Part shown: positions 19,793 to 28,739 of the stretch, one piece after another
Numbering within the stretch: the stretch's first letter is position 1
Layout: each line of letters opens with the position of its first letter
From: a virus
Lineage: Duplodnaviria; Caudoviricetes
DNA length: 64,000 bases
Strand: one strand, 5' to 3'
Virus record (IMG/VR): IMGVR_UViG_3300012662_000011
Notes under the pieces: generated by a model
Seen by the model: only the letters and a program-made list of their open reading frames with translations
What the model was told of the DNA's origin: nothing
Databases searched by the model: none
Made by a program: the position numbers and the translations under genes

Positions 19793-20341
19793 ATGGCAAT
19801 ATATAAAGTCGACAAAAGTGGATTAAAAGAGCAAGAGAAAGAGGATGCTAAAATAGCCCCAACATCTTTCCTTTCTGATGAAGCAATGGAGAAACTTGCT
19901 CAAATAATGAACGATTCCCCGACAATCGTAAAGTTAAACAATACAGAATGGAGAATACGTGCCCTTAAACCCGGTACACAGTGGCTTATTGCAGAAGAAG
20001 CATGTAAAATAGTCAAGAAAGAAAAAATGTCAATGGGGGATGTAATAAAAGAATTTTCCTTAAATCTCCCATCTGTAGCAAGAGTTATAACGTTAGCCTT
20101 ACTTAACGACAAGGAGAGAATTTACGGAGAAGAATATCAGAGAGTTTACGATCAGCTTTTATGGGGAGATTACGAAGTTAAAGATTGGGCAACCTTGCTC
20201 GTTGAAATTCTAAATCTTATAGATGTGGATTTTTTTTTCGCGAGTACCAATGTGATACAGACCATAAGGACGCAAGCTCTGGGAAGGAAGAAACAAGCAG
20301 CCGAATTATCCCTTCAAGAACAGAATACGGACAAATGGTAG
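19793..20341 (+). CDS. Tail assembly chaperone (lambda G-like)
   Basis: Upstream of tape measure; slippery T9 at 20230-20238. Confidence 0.7.
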   Translation: MAIYKVDKSGLKEQEKEDAKIAPTSFLSDEAMEKLAQIMNDSPTIVKLNNTEWRIRALKPGTQWLIAEEACKIVKKEKMSMGDVIKEFSLNLPSVARVITLALLNDKERIYGEEYQRVYDQLLWGDYEVKDWATLLVEILNLIDVDFFFASTNVIQTIRTQALGRKKQAAELSLQEQNTDKW

Positions 20342-20553
20342 ACTTTCTAAGAGCTAACACGTGGTGCTCGCAAGAAGAATACAAATGGCAAATGACGGTT
20401 CCACAAATAAGACTTGCATCTATTGATTTTACCCACATAGAATATATTTCCGATGAAGACAAGAAGAAAGACAAATTAAGTAATGCCACTGTACTTGATA
20501 CCGCAAATCTGAATGACCTCGGAATACCAATTTTTAAACCACATAAAAATTAG
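20230..20553 (+). CDS. -1 frameshift extension of the tail chaperone (GT-like)
   Basis: The -1 frame is open from the T9 run through the ORF 20335-20553. Confidence 0.7.
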   Translation, partial: FFFREYQCDTDHKDASSGKEETSSRIIPSRTEYGQMVDFLRANTWCSQEEYKWQMTVPQIRLASIDFTHIEYISDEDKKKDKLSNATVLDTANLNDLGIPIFKPHKN

Positions 20554-20556
20554 ATT

Positions 20557-23500
20557 ATGGCAGATATATCAGCAATAGGAAGCGCACTCGTTATAGACGA
20601 GAAAGTTTTAAACCGAATTAAGGAAGCTGACGACCGGTTAGTTTCTTTACAAAAAACAGCAGATGATACAGCTAAAAAAATCGGAGCATCTTTTAAGGGA
20701 ATGTCCGATAGTGTCAACCCTTTTCTTACATCCCTTGATAGTATTATTACAAAATTGGGCAATATTAGCACGGCGGCTACTAACGCAAGTGGAGGGTTAT
20801 CACAGGTAAAAACCAACATCGGTAATATTAATTCTGGAACAACACAGACAACGCAAGGCATAGCAGATTTGGTAAATCAACTTTCACAGATAGGTGGCAA
20901 GGGCGCAAGCGGTGTCATGCAAGCTGTGTATGCCTTTCAGAGATTACAGGAGTCTATGAAAGGCAGTAGTGGTATGAATATAGCTCAACTGACAGAAGCA
21001 ATAAATGATATAGATAAAAAGTTAAAAGACACTGAAAATCTACTGACAAAAAGCGAACAAGATGCTCTTGTTAAGAGAAAAGCTTTATTACAGGATGAAC
21101 TTAAAGAACAACAACGCACTTATGAAGAACGTGTTATAGCTTTTCAAAAGGCTATTGATAAAATGACGAGTGCACAAGCTGCATACAACCAAAAACAGCA
21201 AAAGAACAAAGTAAACACCGCAGCACAAGCCACAGAAAAAGAAATAGAACAGTTGGAAGCTAAATTCAGAAATATGAAGGCTCCCGACTTTGGACAAACA
21301 TACGAAAAAATACAACAATTAAAAGCAGAGTTAAAAAGCGTCAAGGAAGAATTTAGCTCTACTTTGGCAAAGATTATTGAACAAGATAATTTAAAAGCCG
21401 GAAAAACAAATTCTGCTCCAGCGTTAAAGAAAGGTGAATATCAAGAGATGCAACACACTATTGGTGTTTTGGGCGACAAGGAGAGAAGTCTGCAAGCTGA
21501 AATTGATGCTTTAACAGAGAAAATAAAAAAAGAAAATGCCGCATGGAGAGAGCAAAGACAGGCTTTGGCTGAAAATATAGAAATGCTCAAAAATCTAAAG
21601 GCATACAAATCAGATAGTACATCTTTAGACAACCAACGCTCCCAGAATACCCTTGCAGAGATGCGTCAATACTACAAAGAACTTGAAAAAACATCTCAGC
21701 AAGCATTAAAAGCTGACATAAAAGCCGTAGAAGAAGAAGAAAAGTTAGCGGAAAGACGCAAAAAAGCATGGGAAAAAGCAAATCAATCCACAAATACCTA
21801 TGGACAACAGTATCATAATGATAGGCAAAAAATGTACGAGCAGGTGTTTTCTTCACAAAATACAACTACATCCATGGCTCTTGCTAACTCTTCAAGCGTA
21901 AAAACCCTGCGAGAGCACGTTGCTGCGATAAAAGAACTTCAACAGGCAAGGTTAAATCTCGATACCACAGATAAAAATTATAAGCAAAATCTTGAAGCTG
22001 TAAACAATGCTATAAAGCAACATTCTAAAGTGCTTAGGGACGCAGGTGTTAATGCACGTTCTCTCGGTGAGCAAACATCTTATCTAAGTGGATATATTTC
22101 ACGTTTGGCACAACGTACAGCAGTAGTATTCTCTATGAGTGCTGCAAAAGGTTTTGTTGAGCAAATAGCAGAAGTGCGAGGCCAGTTTGAGCTATCCGAA
22201 CGTTCACTTGAGGCTATTCTCCAGAATAAGCCAAAAGCGGATGAAATTTTCAATAAGACGGTAGAGTTGGCGGTTAAATCTCCTTTCCGTATCAAAGATT
22301 TGGTTGATTATACGAGACAACTCTCTGCATATAGAATACAAGGCGACAAGCTTTATGATACCACCAAACGTCTTGCAGATGTATCGGCAGGACTCGGTGT
22401 TGATATGGGTAGACTTATCCTCGCTTACGGACAGGTCAAAGCTGCTGCATACCTACGCGGAAGTGAGGTAAGACAGTTTACGGAAGCAGGTATCAATATG
22501 TATGGAGAGTTGCAAAGTTACTTCAAGGAAGTTAAGGGTGAGGCATACACTACGGCTCAAATTGTGGATATGATTTCAAAGCACAAGGTAACATTTGAAG
22601 ATGTTGAAGCTATTTTCCAACGTATGACAGATAAGGGTGGCACATTCTATAATATGCAAGAGATACAAGCAGAAACACTTCAAGGTAAGATTTCCAACCT
22701 AAAGGATGCCTTCGATGTAATGCTTAACGATATTGGTAAGGAAAATCAGGGAGCATTTACGACAATGATAGATTTAGCAAACTCCCTTCTGAAACACTGG
22801 AGAGGGTTTAGTGAAATACTTCTACAAGTTATAGCCGGATTCGCTGGAATGAAACTAAAATCAATGGGTGTTTTTGATTCGATAAAAAAAGCATTTAGTT
22901 CAATGATGACAAGCATGAAAGCTCAAACGGCGGGTTTTTATGTAACAATGAGAACGAACGGTTGGAAGGCTGCATTTGCAGATACCTTTAAATCTATGGG
23001 TGCTGCAATCAAATCTATGGGTGCTGCATTAAAATCTATTAGCTTTGTTGCTATACTTCAAGGTATAATGGAAATATGGTCGGCTTATTCAAAATATAGC
23101 GAAGCTGTAGAAAAAGCAAACAGTGAATATGTTAAAGAGCGAGGCTACCTTTCCGGACTACGCGATGATTTCAATAACTTAACAACCGAAACTAATAACG
23201 CGGCTAATGCCCAAAAGAGACTAACTGACAATACCGCCAATATTGAAGCTCAAAGGAAAGTACTGCAAACCCTCATCGACAAGATGAACCAACAAGGCTT
23301 TGACATTAAAATAAATGTAGATACGTTAAATGAGAAAGAGCTAAAAAGTAAATTTGAAGAAGTCTCAAAGGAGTACGAAAAATTCCAAAGAGACGTAATG
23401 ACTATACAAAAAAATGTTGCGGAAAATTCAGCATGGAACGCATGGTACACGCTAAGCGATGATATAAACAAAGATGCGAAAGATTACACAAATGCAGCAC

Positions 23501-26500
23501 TCGATATTTTGGCAAAAGACCAGGATATTGACAATATGATAAACCAAATCAAAAATAGCTACGATGATTTAAGTTGGACATCTAAACAATATTATAAAAC
23601 TTTAGCAGAAGGGCGTAAAGAGGGAGAAAACGACCTTGACTACTATCAAAGAATGGTAGATGTTATTAATAAAATAAGAAAATTTGAAGGTGCGCGCTCT
23701 CCTCTTAGTGATGCTTTTAATGACTTCGCAGGTAAGGGTATTATCAAGGATTTTGGTACTCTTAAAGACCAAGCTAAAGAGTTTGAGAATGAACTCGATA
23801 AGGTTATGGGGTATGTTAAAGAAAAGGGCTATGATAAACAGACCATAAAACTTCTTATAGATAGAACTGCTGCCGATCATGAATGGAGTCAGTATGCAAG
23901 AGATATGGCATATAAGCATTTCGATATACCTCTCAATATCGACAAGAAATCAGTAATGGATGATATATCGTGGGTCGATTTATATATCGCAGATTTCTTC
24001 AAAAAGAAAAGATATGGTATCAAGTTGTCTGTTACAGAATTAGAAAACACAGCCGCCGCTGATGAGTGGCTGACTAAAAGTAAGACTGCAGCAGAAGCCG
24101 CAAAGAAATGGAAAGAGGTTTACGATCAAATATCAAAGAAAAATGGCGATGCTCTCCCTGTGTCGGGGACTTTAAAAGATATGCTAAAAGGAACGTTGTA
24201 TGAAAACCAAAGCTCTATTTCGAAAAAAGAAATGCTAAGCATCTTAAAGCAGAGGATTAAAGAGAGTACGGCTTATTCAAAAAAAGCATACGGTGTAGAT
24301 CCTTTTGAAAAAGAAAATAATAAGGCAGCAAAACAGCAAGCAAAAGAGCAGCGTGATATTTTACAAGAGCGCATTTCTTTGATAAAAGACATGAACTCAA
24401 AATACAACGAGTTGATAAAAACAGAAACAAAAGAAGCTGCTCTATCTAAAACTCGTAAATATTTTAAGGAAGCAGCACAAAATGTAGGATGGAACGCATA
24501 CAACATTTTACCTGATGATAAGTCGGCTGCAAAACAAATAGAAAATCTCGGAAAGCAGTATAAAGAGATTTCAAAGAAGGGCAATGCTTTTAGAGTTGCC
24601 GCAGATATAAAACTTAACGTCTCACAAAAGGAGTACGAAAAGATGAAGGAGGATATTTCACGCAATATAGATGAAACATTCTCTGAACTTGACTTATACA
24701 AGAAACTCAAAAAAGAAGGATTGTCAGATAATATCATTAAGGGAATATTTGGCGATATTACAACGTCTTTTGATGATTTACAAAGTCGTATCGATGATGA
24801 GTTTAATAAATATATTACACGAGCCTACGAGGAAAAATACGGAAAAGATTACAGCAAATGGGGTCAAGATGTAATTGATCAGTATAACAAAGAGCTCGCT
24901 AATACATCTGCTTATATTGGTAATTACGGAGAAGATGTGGCTAAAGCCTACAAAGACAAATCACAGAAGGTAAACGAAAAAGTCAAGCAAGATACTATTG
25001 ATACATTTTCTGAACTGACAAAGGCTTACAAAACACAACTATCAGACCAATTACAACTCGACACGTGGTATATAGAAGAAAGAGGCAAAATACAAGAGAA
25101 TGAAAATCTTGCAAAAAATCCCCAATTAAAAAAACAGTATCAAAATAATCTCAACAAACAGTATAAACAAAAGACAGATGAGAACACCTGGAAGGACTTC
25201 ACGGGAAAAGACTCATATATCGAGCTATTCCAAAATGTTGAACAGGTATCTGTGGTGGCTATAAACAATATGCTGGCACAACTTGAAAGGATGAAAGATG
25301 CTCTTAAAAACCTGCCGCCCGACAAACTGAAAGCAATCGTAGAGCAAATGGATAAACTCAAAGAAGAGAAAGCAAACCGTTATCCCTTCTTGGGTATTGC
25401 TGAATCCATTAACGAAATAACAAAAGCTCAAAAAAATTATTCAAAAGCAAAAGAAGCATACGATAAAGGGTTCGATGAAGCTCAAACAAAAACGAATAAT
25501 GCATATAAGGAGTACTTGGAACTCTTAAAAGAAGCTAAAGAGATAGAAGAAGATGATAATGCATCCAAAGAAGACAAAGAGGCTGCAAAACAGCGCGCTA
25601 TAGAAGCACAAGAAAAATACAATAAAGCGTTGGAAAAATCAAGCTCTCTACAAGAGAACTACTCCGGCTCTTCACAAAAACTTTCTACAGCATGGTTGCG
25701 CCTTGCAGATAGAACAAAGAAAATAGGTACATATATAAGTTCTTGTACCAAAAATATTTCTGCACTATCGAACGCATTAACCGGTAAGGCTTCAAGTAGT
25801 ATTACAAAATGGGGAGACGCAATAGAACAGACGGTTGGAGGACTTTCTGATGCGGTAAAAGCTTTTAAAGACCTTAAAATTTCCGCAAAAAACAATCTTG
25901 GTGACGTCGCTGATAAATCTTCTGATCTTACATCCGATGTAGGACAGGCGGCAACAAAAACTATTGACACAATAGATAAAACAGTAGAAGGAGCTGCTGG
26001 TGCTATGGTTTCGACTTCCGCCACGGCTTCCGCAGCAATCCAAACAGTCGAGAAGGCATCTGTTATTCTTGCTATTATCTCTGCCGCATTACAAATAGCA
26101 ATAGCTATTGCTAATCTGTTTAATGATGAAAGTGATATAGATGAAGAAATAGAACGCCAAGAAAGGCTTGTTAATGATTTACAGCACTCCTACGAAAAGC
26201 TTAAAAAATCAATGGACGATGCTTTCAAGATAGACGATTTACAAAAATTCAACCATCAATCCATAGATGCACTGGAAAAGCAAAAAAATGCGTATAACGC
26301 TATGATTAAAGCAGAGGAAAGTCGTAAGAACTCTGACAAGTCTAAGATACAGGAATATAAACAAAAAATTGAAGATCTTGATGATACAATCAAAGAGTTA
26401 AAAGAAACCATGACAGAAGAACTTGGAGGCTTTGGTTCGGAAGCCAATTATAAGGCAGCAGCCGAAGCTTTTGCAGAAGCATGGGTAGATGCTTTCAATG

Positions 26501-27099
26501 AGGGTAGTGATACCCTTGACGCTCTAAATGATAAATTCGATGAGTATATTCAGAATCTTATAACAAAGCAAGCAACACAAAGGGTTGTCGGAAGACTTCT
26601 TGAACCATTGCTTAAAGAGATAGACAACGCTGTTTCTGAGGGCAGTGAGGGTGGAAGTAATGGACTTGAGCTTACATCTACAGAACTCGAAAAGATAAAG
26701 AAACTCGGCTCACAGACTACAGAGCAAATAAATAAAACTTTAACAGATCTTGCCAACGTTTTAAATTTTAAAGGTAGTGGAAGTACAAGTTTGTCATCCT
26801 TACAGCAGGGTATCCAGTCTGTATCGGAAGCTACAGCGCAAGCCCTTGAGTCTATATTGAATAGCATGAGGTACTATTTGGCACAGCAACAGGCAGACGT
26901 GAGAACCATTAGAGATACCTTATTGGAAAGATTAGGTAACACTATCACATCTGTAACACAAGACACAGCCAGTTCTCCTATTCTTGTAGAATTAAGATTA
27001 CACACCGGTCTACTAACAGACATACGTGATACCTTGGATGCATGTGTTAAAACAGGACACAAACAGGGACGTAGTGGTATAAAGGTTTTTATGAATTAA
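20557..27099 (+). CDS. Tape measure protein (2180 aa)
   Basis: Long coiled coil; tape-measure domain (AVKSPF...LADVSAG...LAYGQV...TLQGKISNLKDAF). Confidence 0.92.
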   Translation: MADISAIGSALVIDEKVLNRIKEADDRLVSLQKTADDTAKKIGASFKGMSDSVNPFLTSLDSIITKLGNISTAATNASGGLSQVKTNIGNINSGTTQTTQGIADLVNQLSQIGGKGASGVMQAVYAFQRLQESMKGSSGMNIAQLTEAINDIDKKLKDTENLLTKSEQDALVKRKALLQDELKEQQRTYEERVIAFQKAIDKMTSAQAAYNQKQQKNKVNTAAQATEKEIEQLEAKFRNMKAPDFGQTYEKIQQLKAELKSVKEEFSSTLAKIIEQDNLKAGKTNSAPALKKGEYQEMQHTIGVLGDKERSLQAEIDALTEKIKKENAAWREQRQALAENIEMLKNLKAYKSDSTSLDNQRSQNTLAEMRQYYKELEKTSQQALKADIKAVEEEEKLAERRKKAWEKANQSTNTYGQQYHNDRQKMYEQVFSSQNTTTSMALANSSSVKTLREHVAAIKELQQARLNLDTTDKNYKQNLEAVNNAIKQHSKVLRDAGVNARSLGEQTSYLSGYISRLAQRTAVVFSMSAAKGFVEQIAEVRGQFELSERSLEAILQNKPKADEIFNKTVELAVKSPFRIKDLVDYTRQLSAYRIQGDKLYDTTKRLADVSAGLGVDMGRLILAYGQVKAAAYLRGSEVRQFTEAGINMYGELQSYFKEVKGEAYTTAQIVDMISKHKVTFEDVEAIFQRMTDKGGTFYNMQEIQAETLQGKISNLKDAFDVMLNDIGKENQGAFTTMIDLANSLLKHWRGFSEILLQVIAGFAGMKLKSMGVFDSIKKAFSSMMTSMKAQTAGFYVTMRTNGWKAAFADTFKSMGAAIKSMGAALKSISFVAILQGIMEIWSAYSKYSEAVEKANSEYVKERGYLSGLRDDFNNLTTETNNAANAQKRLTDNTANIEAQRKVLQTLIDKMNQQGFDIKINVDTLNEKELKSKFEEVSKEYEKFQRDVMTIQKNVAENSAWNAWYTLSDDINKDAKDYTNAALDILAKDQDIDNMINQIKNSYDDLSWTSKQYYKTLAEGRKEGENDLDYYQRMVDVINKIRKFEGARSPLSDAFNDFAGKGIIKDFGTLKDQAKEFENELDKVMGYVKEKGYDKQTIKLLIDRTAADHEWSQYARDMAYKHFDIPLNIDKKSVMDDISWVDLYIADFFKKKRYGIKLSVTELENTAAADEWLTKSKTAAEAAKKWKEVYDQISKKNGDALPVSGTLKDMLKGTLYENQSSISKKEMLSILKQRIKESTAYSKKAYGVDPFEKENNKAAKQQAKEQRDILQERISLIKDMNSKYNELIKTETKEAALSKTRKYFKEAAQNVGWNAYNILPDDKSAAKQIENLGKQYKEISKKGNAFRVAADIKLNVSQKEYEKMKEDISRNIDETFSELDLYKKLKKEGLSDNIIKGIFGDITTSFDDLQSRIDDEFNKYITRAYEEKYGKDYSKWGQDVIDQYNKELANTSAYIGNYGEDVAKAYKDKSQKVNEKVKQDTIDTFSELTKAYKTQLSDQLQLDTWYIEERGKIQENENLAKNPQLKKQYQNNLNKQYKQKTDENTWKDFTGKDSYIELFQNVEQVSVVAINNMLAQLERMKDALKNLPPDKLKAIVEQMDKLKEEKANRYPFLGIAESINEITKAQKNYSKAKEAYDKGFDEAQTKTNNAYKEYLELLKEAKEIEEDDNASKEDKEAAKQRAIEAQEKYNKALEKSSSLQENYSGSSQKLSTAWLRLADRTKKIGTYISSCTKNISALSNALTGKASSSITKWGDAIEQTVGGLSDAVKAFKDLKISAKNNLGDVADKSSDLTSDVGQAATKTIDTIDKTVEGAAGAMVSTSATASAAIQTVEKASVILAIISAALQIAIAIANLFNDESDIDEEIERQERLVNDLQHSYEKLKKSMDDAFKIDDLQKFNHQSIDALEKQKNAYNAMIKAEESRKNSDKSKIQEYKQKIEDLDDTIKELKETMTEELGGFGSEANYKAAAEAFAEAWVDAFNEGSDTLDALNDKFDEYIQNLITKQATQRVVGRLLEPLLKEIDNAVSEGSEGGSNGLELTSTELEKIKKLGSQTTEQINKTLTDLANVLNFKGSGSTSLSSLQQGIQSVSEATAQALESILNSMRYYLAQQQADVRTIRDTLLERLGNTITSVTQDTASSPILVELRLHTGLLTDIRDTLDACVKTGHKQGRSGIKVFMN

Positions 27100-27106
27100 A
27101 TATCTT

Positions 27107-27145
27107 AAACGAGGTACAAGGTTTTACATCTTATACCTCGTTTTT
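27107..27145. terminator. Bidirectional intrinsic terminator between convergent operons
   Basis: AAACGAGGTAcAAG...CTTaTACCTCGTTTT inverted repeat with flanking A/T runs. Confidence 0.75.
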
Positions 27146-27289
27146 GCTATATCCTGTATACAGTGATAATATAACGCACATTCCGTTAGCTGCAATCCCC
27201 TTGTGCATTGTAGCCAATACCGCTCTCGCTTTGTCGTTTGGAGATGTAATATTGCCCCAAATCTTCTCAATATCTTTATCTGTCCTCAT
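27131..27289 (-). CDS. TRD-like mini-ORF m11 (52 aa, intact, no tract)
   Basis: Hand translation: MRTDKDIEKIWGNITSPNDKARAVLATMHKGIAANGMCVILSLYTGYSKNEV. Confidence 0.75.
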   Translation of the reverse strand: MRTDKDIEKIWGNITSPNDKARAVLATMHKGIAANGMCVILSLYTGYSKNEV

Positions 27290-27420
27290 AGCGTTCAAAA
27301 ATATATGTTACACCATTATTGCCACCACCCTTATACATGGTAGCACAAAGGGTAACGGATTTCTCTCGCCCCCCCCCGAAGCTGCTTGTGGATTAAATCC
27401 AATTGATGCTTTGCTGTCAT
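27276..27420 (-). pseudogene. TRD-like mini-ORF m10, frameshifted at G9 (27369-27377); in frame at G8
   Basis: With G8: MTAKHQLDLIHKQLRGGREKSVTLCATMYKGGGNNGVTYIFERYEDR. Confidence 0.75.
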
Positions 27421-27572
27421 TGCTCTCTTAATTCTAAAACAAACGGACGTAGGTCAAAACCACCCACTCCATGAGAATAATAAGCGGTAAGAGTTCCGCA
27501 TTTCTCTCGGGGGGGGGTATGTATAACTATTGACTTATATAAAGTCGGATAAAAAACTAATCTATGTTGCAT
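27417..27572 (-). CDS. TRD-like mini-ORF m9 (51 aa), in frame at C9 (27509-27517)
   Basis: MQHRLVFYPTLYKSIVIHTPPREKCGTLTAYYSHGVGGFDLRPFVLELREQ. Confidence 0.75.
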   Translation of the reverse strand: MQHRLVFYPTLYKSIVIHTPPREKCGTLTAYYSHGVGGFDLRPFVLELREQ

Positions 27573-27716
27573 AAACTTCTAATATGTAAGGTCTGTAACC
27601 TCTTGTATCATATCCTTTATGGTATGACGCTTCTATACCCCCCCGATAGAATATTCCACCGAAGAGAAAGTCCTTAGTCCTCCGTTAACCTGAGGATGTA
27701 CTTGGTATTTTCTCAT
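27562..27716 (-). pseudogene. TRD-like mini-ORF m8, frameshifted at G7 (27638-27644); in frame at G8
   Basis: With G8: MRKYQVHPQVNGGLRTFSSVEYSIGGGIEASYHKGYDTRGYRPYILEVYAT. Confidence 0.75.
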
Positions 27717-27846
27717 ACAAACTTAAAATTATAGCCCTTACATTCCTGTTCGGGTCGCAACCCTTCCAATCATTCGCCATCAAAGCTTGACATTTTCTTT
27801 TTTTTGTCTGCCACGGCTTGAAATGGTCAAGTAGATATTCTCTCAT
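27685..27846 (-). CDS. TRD-like mini-ORF m7 (53 aa), in frame at A8 (27798-27805)
   Basis: MREYLLDHFKPWQTKKRKCQALMANDWKGCDPNRNVRAIILSLYEKIPSTSSG. Confidence 0.75.
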   Translation of the reverse strand: MREYLLDHFKPWQTKKRKCQALMANDWKGCDPNRNVRAIILSLYEKIPSTSSG

Positions 27847-28027
27847 AAACTTCAAGTAAATAATTTATCTGCCCTCCCGACATTACGGAACTTGTTTTCG
27901 CATCTGGTCTACAGGAGTAAGCAAGCAGGGTGCATCTTGTGCCATATTTCCGTTCACCTAAAGAATATTCTTTCCATACCTTTTTGCCGAGTTCTGTGCG
28001 ATATTGATTAAGTATTCGTTTTCTCAT
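27827..28027 (-). CDS. TRD-like mini-ORF m6 (66 aa, intact, no tract)
   Basis: ORF track; ...RPDAKTSSVMSGGQINYLLEVYE; paralog of m0. Confidence 0.75.
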   Translation of the reverse strand: MRKRILNQYRTELGKKVWKEYSLGERKYGTRCTLLAYSCRPDAKTSSVMSGGQINYLLEVYERIST

Positions 28028-28172
28028 GCAATTCTAACACCTTTATTCCTAAACCACCGCCTGTGTCCGTTTGGCAGCAAATTGCCCCCCCGTGAACAGA
28101 ATAGAACCTATGCCGTTGTCTTGCGGTGTTTCCCCACTCATGGTTGCCGTTTAATTGTATCGGTTTTGTCAT
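28008..28172 (-). CDS. TRD-like mini-ORF m5 (54 aa), in frame at G7 (28085-28091)
   Basis: MTKPIQLNGNHEWGNTARQRHRFYSVHGGAICCQTDTGGGLGIKVLELHEKTNT. Confidence 0.75.
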   Translation of the reverse strand: MTKPIQLNGNHEWGNTARQRHRFYSVHGGAICCQTDTGGGLGIKVLELHEKTNT

Positions 28173-28314
28173 AAAGTATTATTAATGTATTATCCTTTGC
28201 CACAGAAGTAAGGAAACTTGACTTTTGCCCTCTAAGCTCCAAACTTTGGCGGTGTGAAGAATTATGCCACTCGCCTTCTGAACGTCCTCTAACGGCTGCT
28301 GTATTAACTCTCAT
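28138..28314 (-). CDS. TRD-like mini-ORF m4 (58 aa, intact, no tract)
   Basis: MRVNTAAVRGRSEGEWHNSSHRQSLELRGQKSSFLTSVAKDNTLIILYDKTDTIKRQP. Confidence 0.8.
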   Translation of the reverse strand: MRVNTAAVRGRSEGEWHNSSHRQSLELRGQKSSFLTSVAKDNTLIILYDKTDTIKRQP

Positions 28315-28436
28315 AAAGTTTCAATAAACAATCGCTTTGCGAATTATTCCCCGCTCCGTGAGAACCCACACATAAAGCTGTTGCCTTATTAGATTTTGCA
28401 AGCCCCCCCCCTACGGCTAATCTTAATTTCTCTCAT
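28304..28436 (-). pseudogene. TRD-like mini-ORF m3, frameshifted at G9 (28403-28411); in frame at G8
   Basis: With G8: MREIKISRRGGLAKSNKATALCVGSHGAGNNSQSDCLLKLYES. Confidence 0.75.
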
Positions 28437-28605
28437 AAACTCTGATTATATACCCCCCCCGATGCGCTGTCTGTAAACACTGATGCTTTACAGAAACAAA
28501 TGATATTGTACCAAATTCCGTAAGACTTCCTTTATGTCCGTCATTTTGATAGGGTCTTAATCCGTCTTCGGTAACTGATACACCATGTAATCTACATCCT
28601 TTCAT
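28423..28605 (-). CDS. TRD-like mini-ORF m2 (60 aa), in frame at G8 (28453-28460)
   Basis: ORF track; ...KHQCLQTAHRGGYIIRVYERN. Confidence 0.75.
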   Translation of the reverse strand: MKGCRLHGVSVTEDGLRPYQNDGHKGSLTEFGTISFVSVKHQCLQTAHRGGYIIRVYERN

Positions 28606-28739
28606 ATATTTCTATTACTCCTGAATGTTGCCTGTGCCCCGGAACATACCACCAATCCTTATATCTCGTGTTCAAGGCTGCTGATTTTTCAGTGGGGGGG
28701 GGTAATACCATTACCCATATTAAACGCTTGCATCCTCAT
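28592..28739 (-). pseudogene. TRD-like mini-ORF m1, frameshifted at C9 (28694-28702); in frame at C8
   Basis: With C8: MRMQAFNMGNGITPPTEKSAALNTRYKDWWYVPGHRQHSGVIEIYERM; ATG overlaps the end of the methyltransferase gene. Confidence 0.75.

Noticed and set aside
27131-28739. Decayed or non-coding DNA, or the plus-strand ORF 27144-27431
   Set aside because: Minus-strand mini-ORFs tile the region with regular overlaps and shared motifs, and every frameshift falls in a homopolymer; the plus ORF is an antisense shadow
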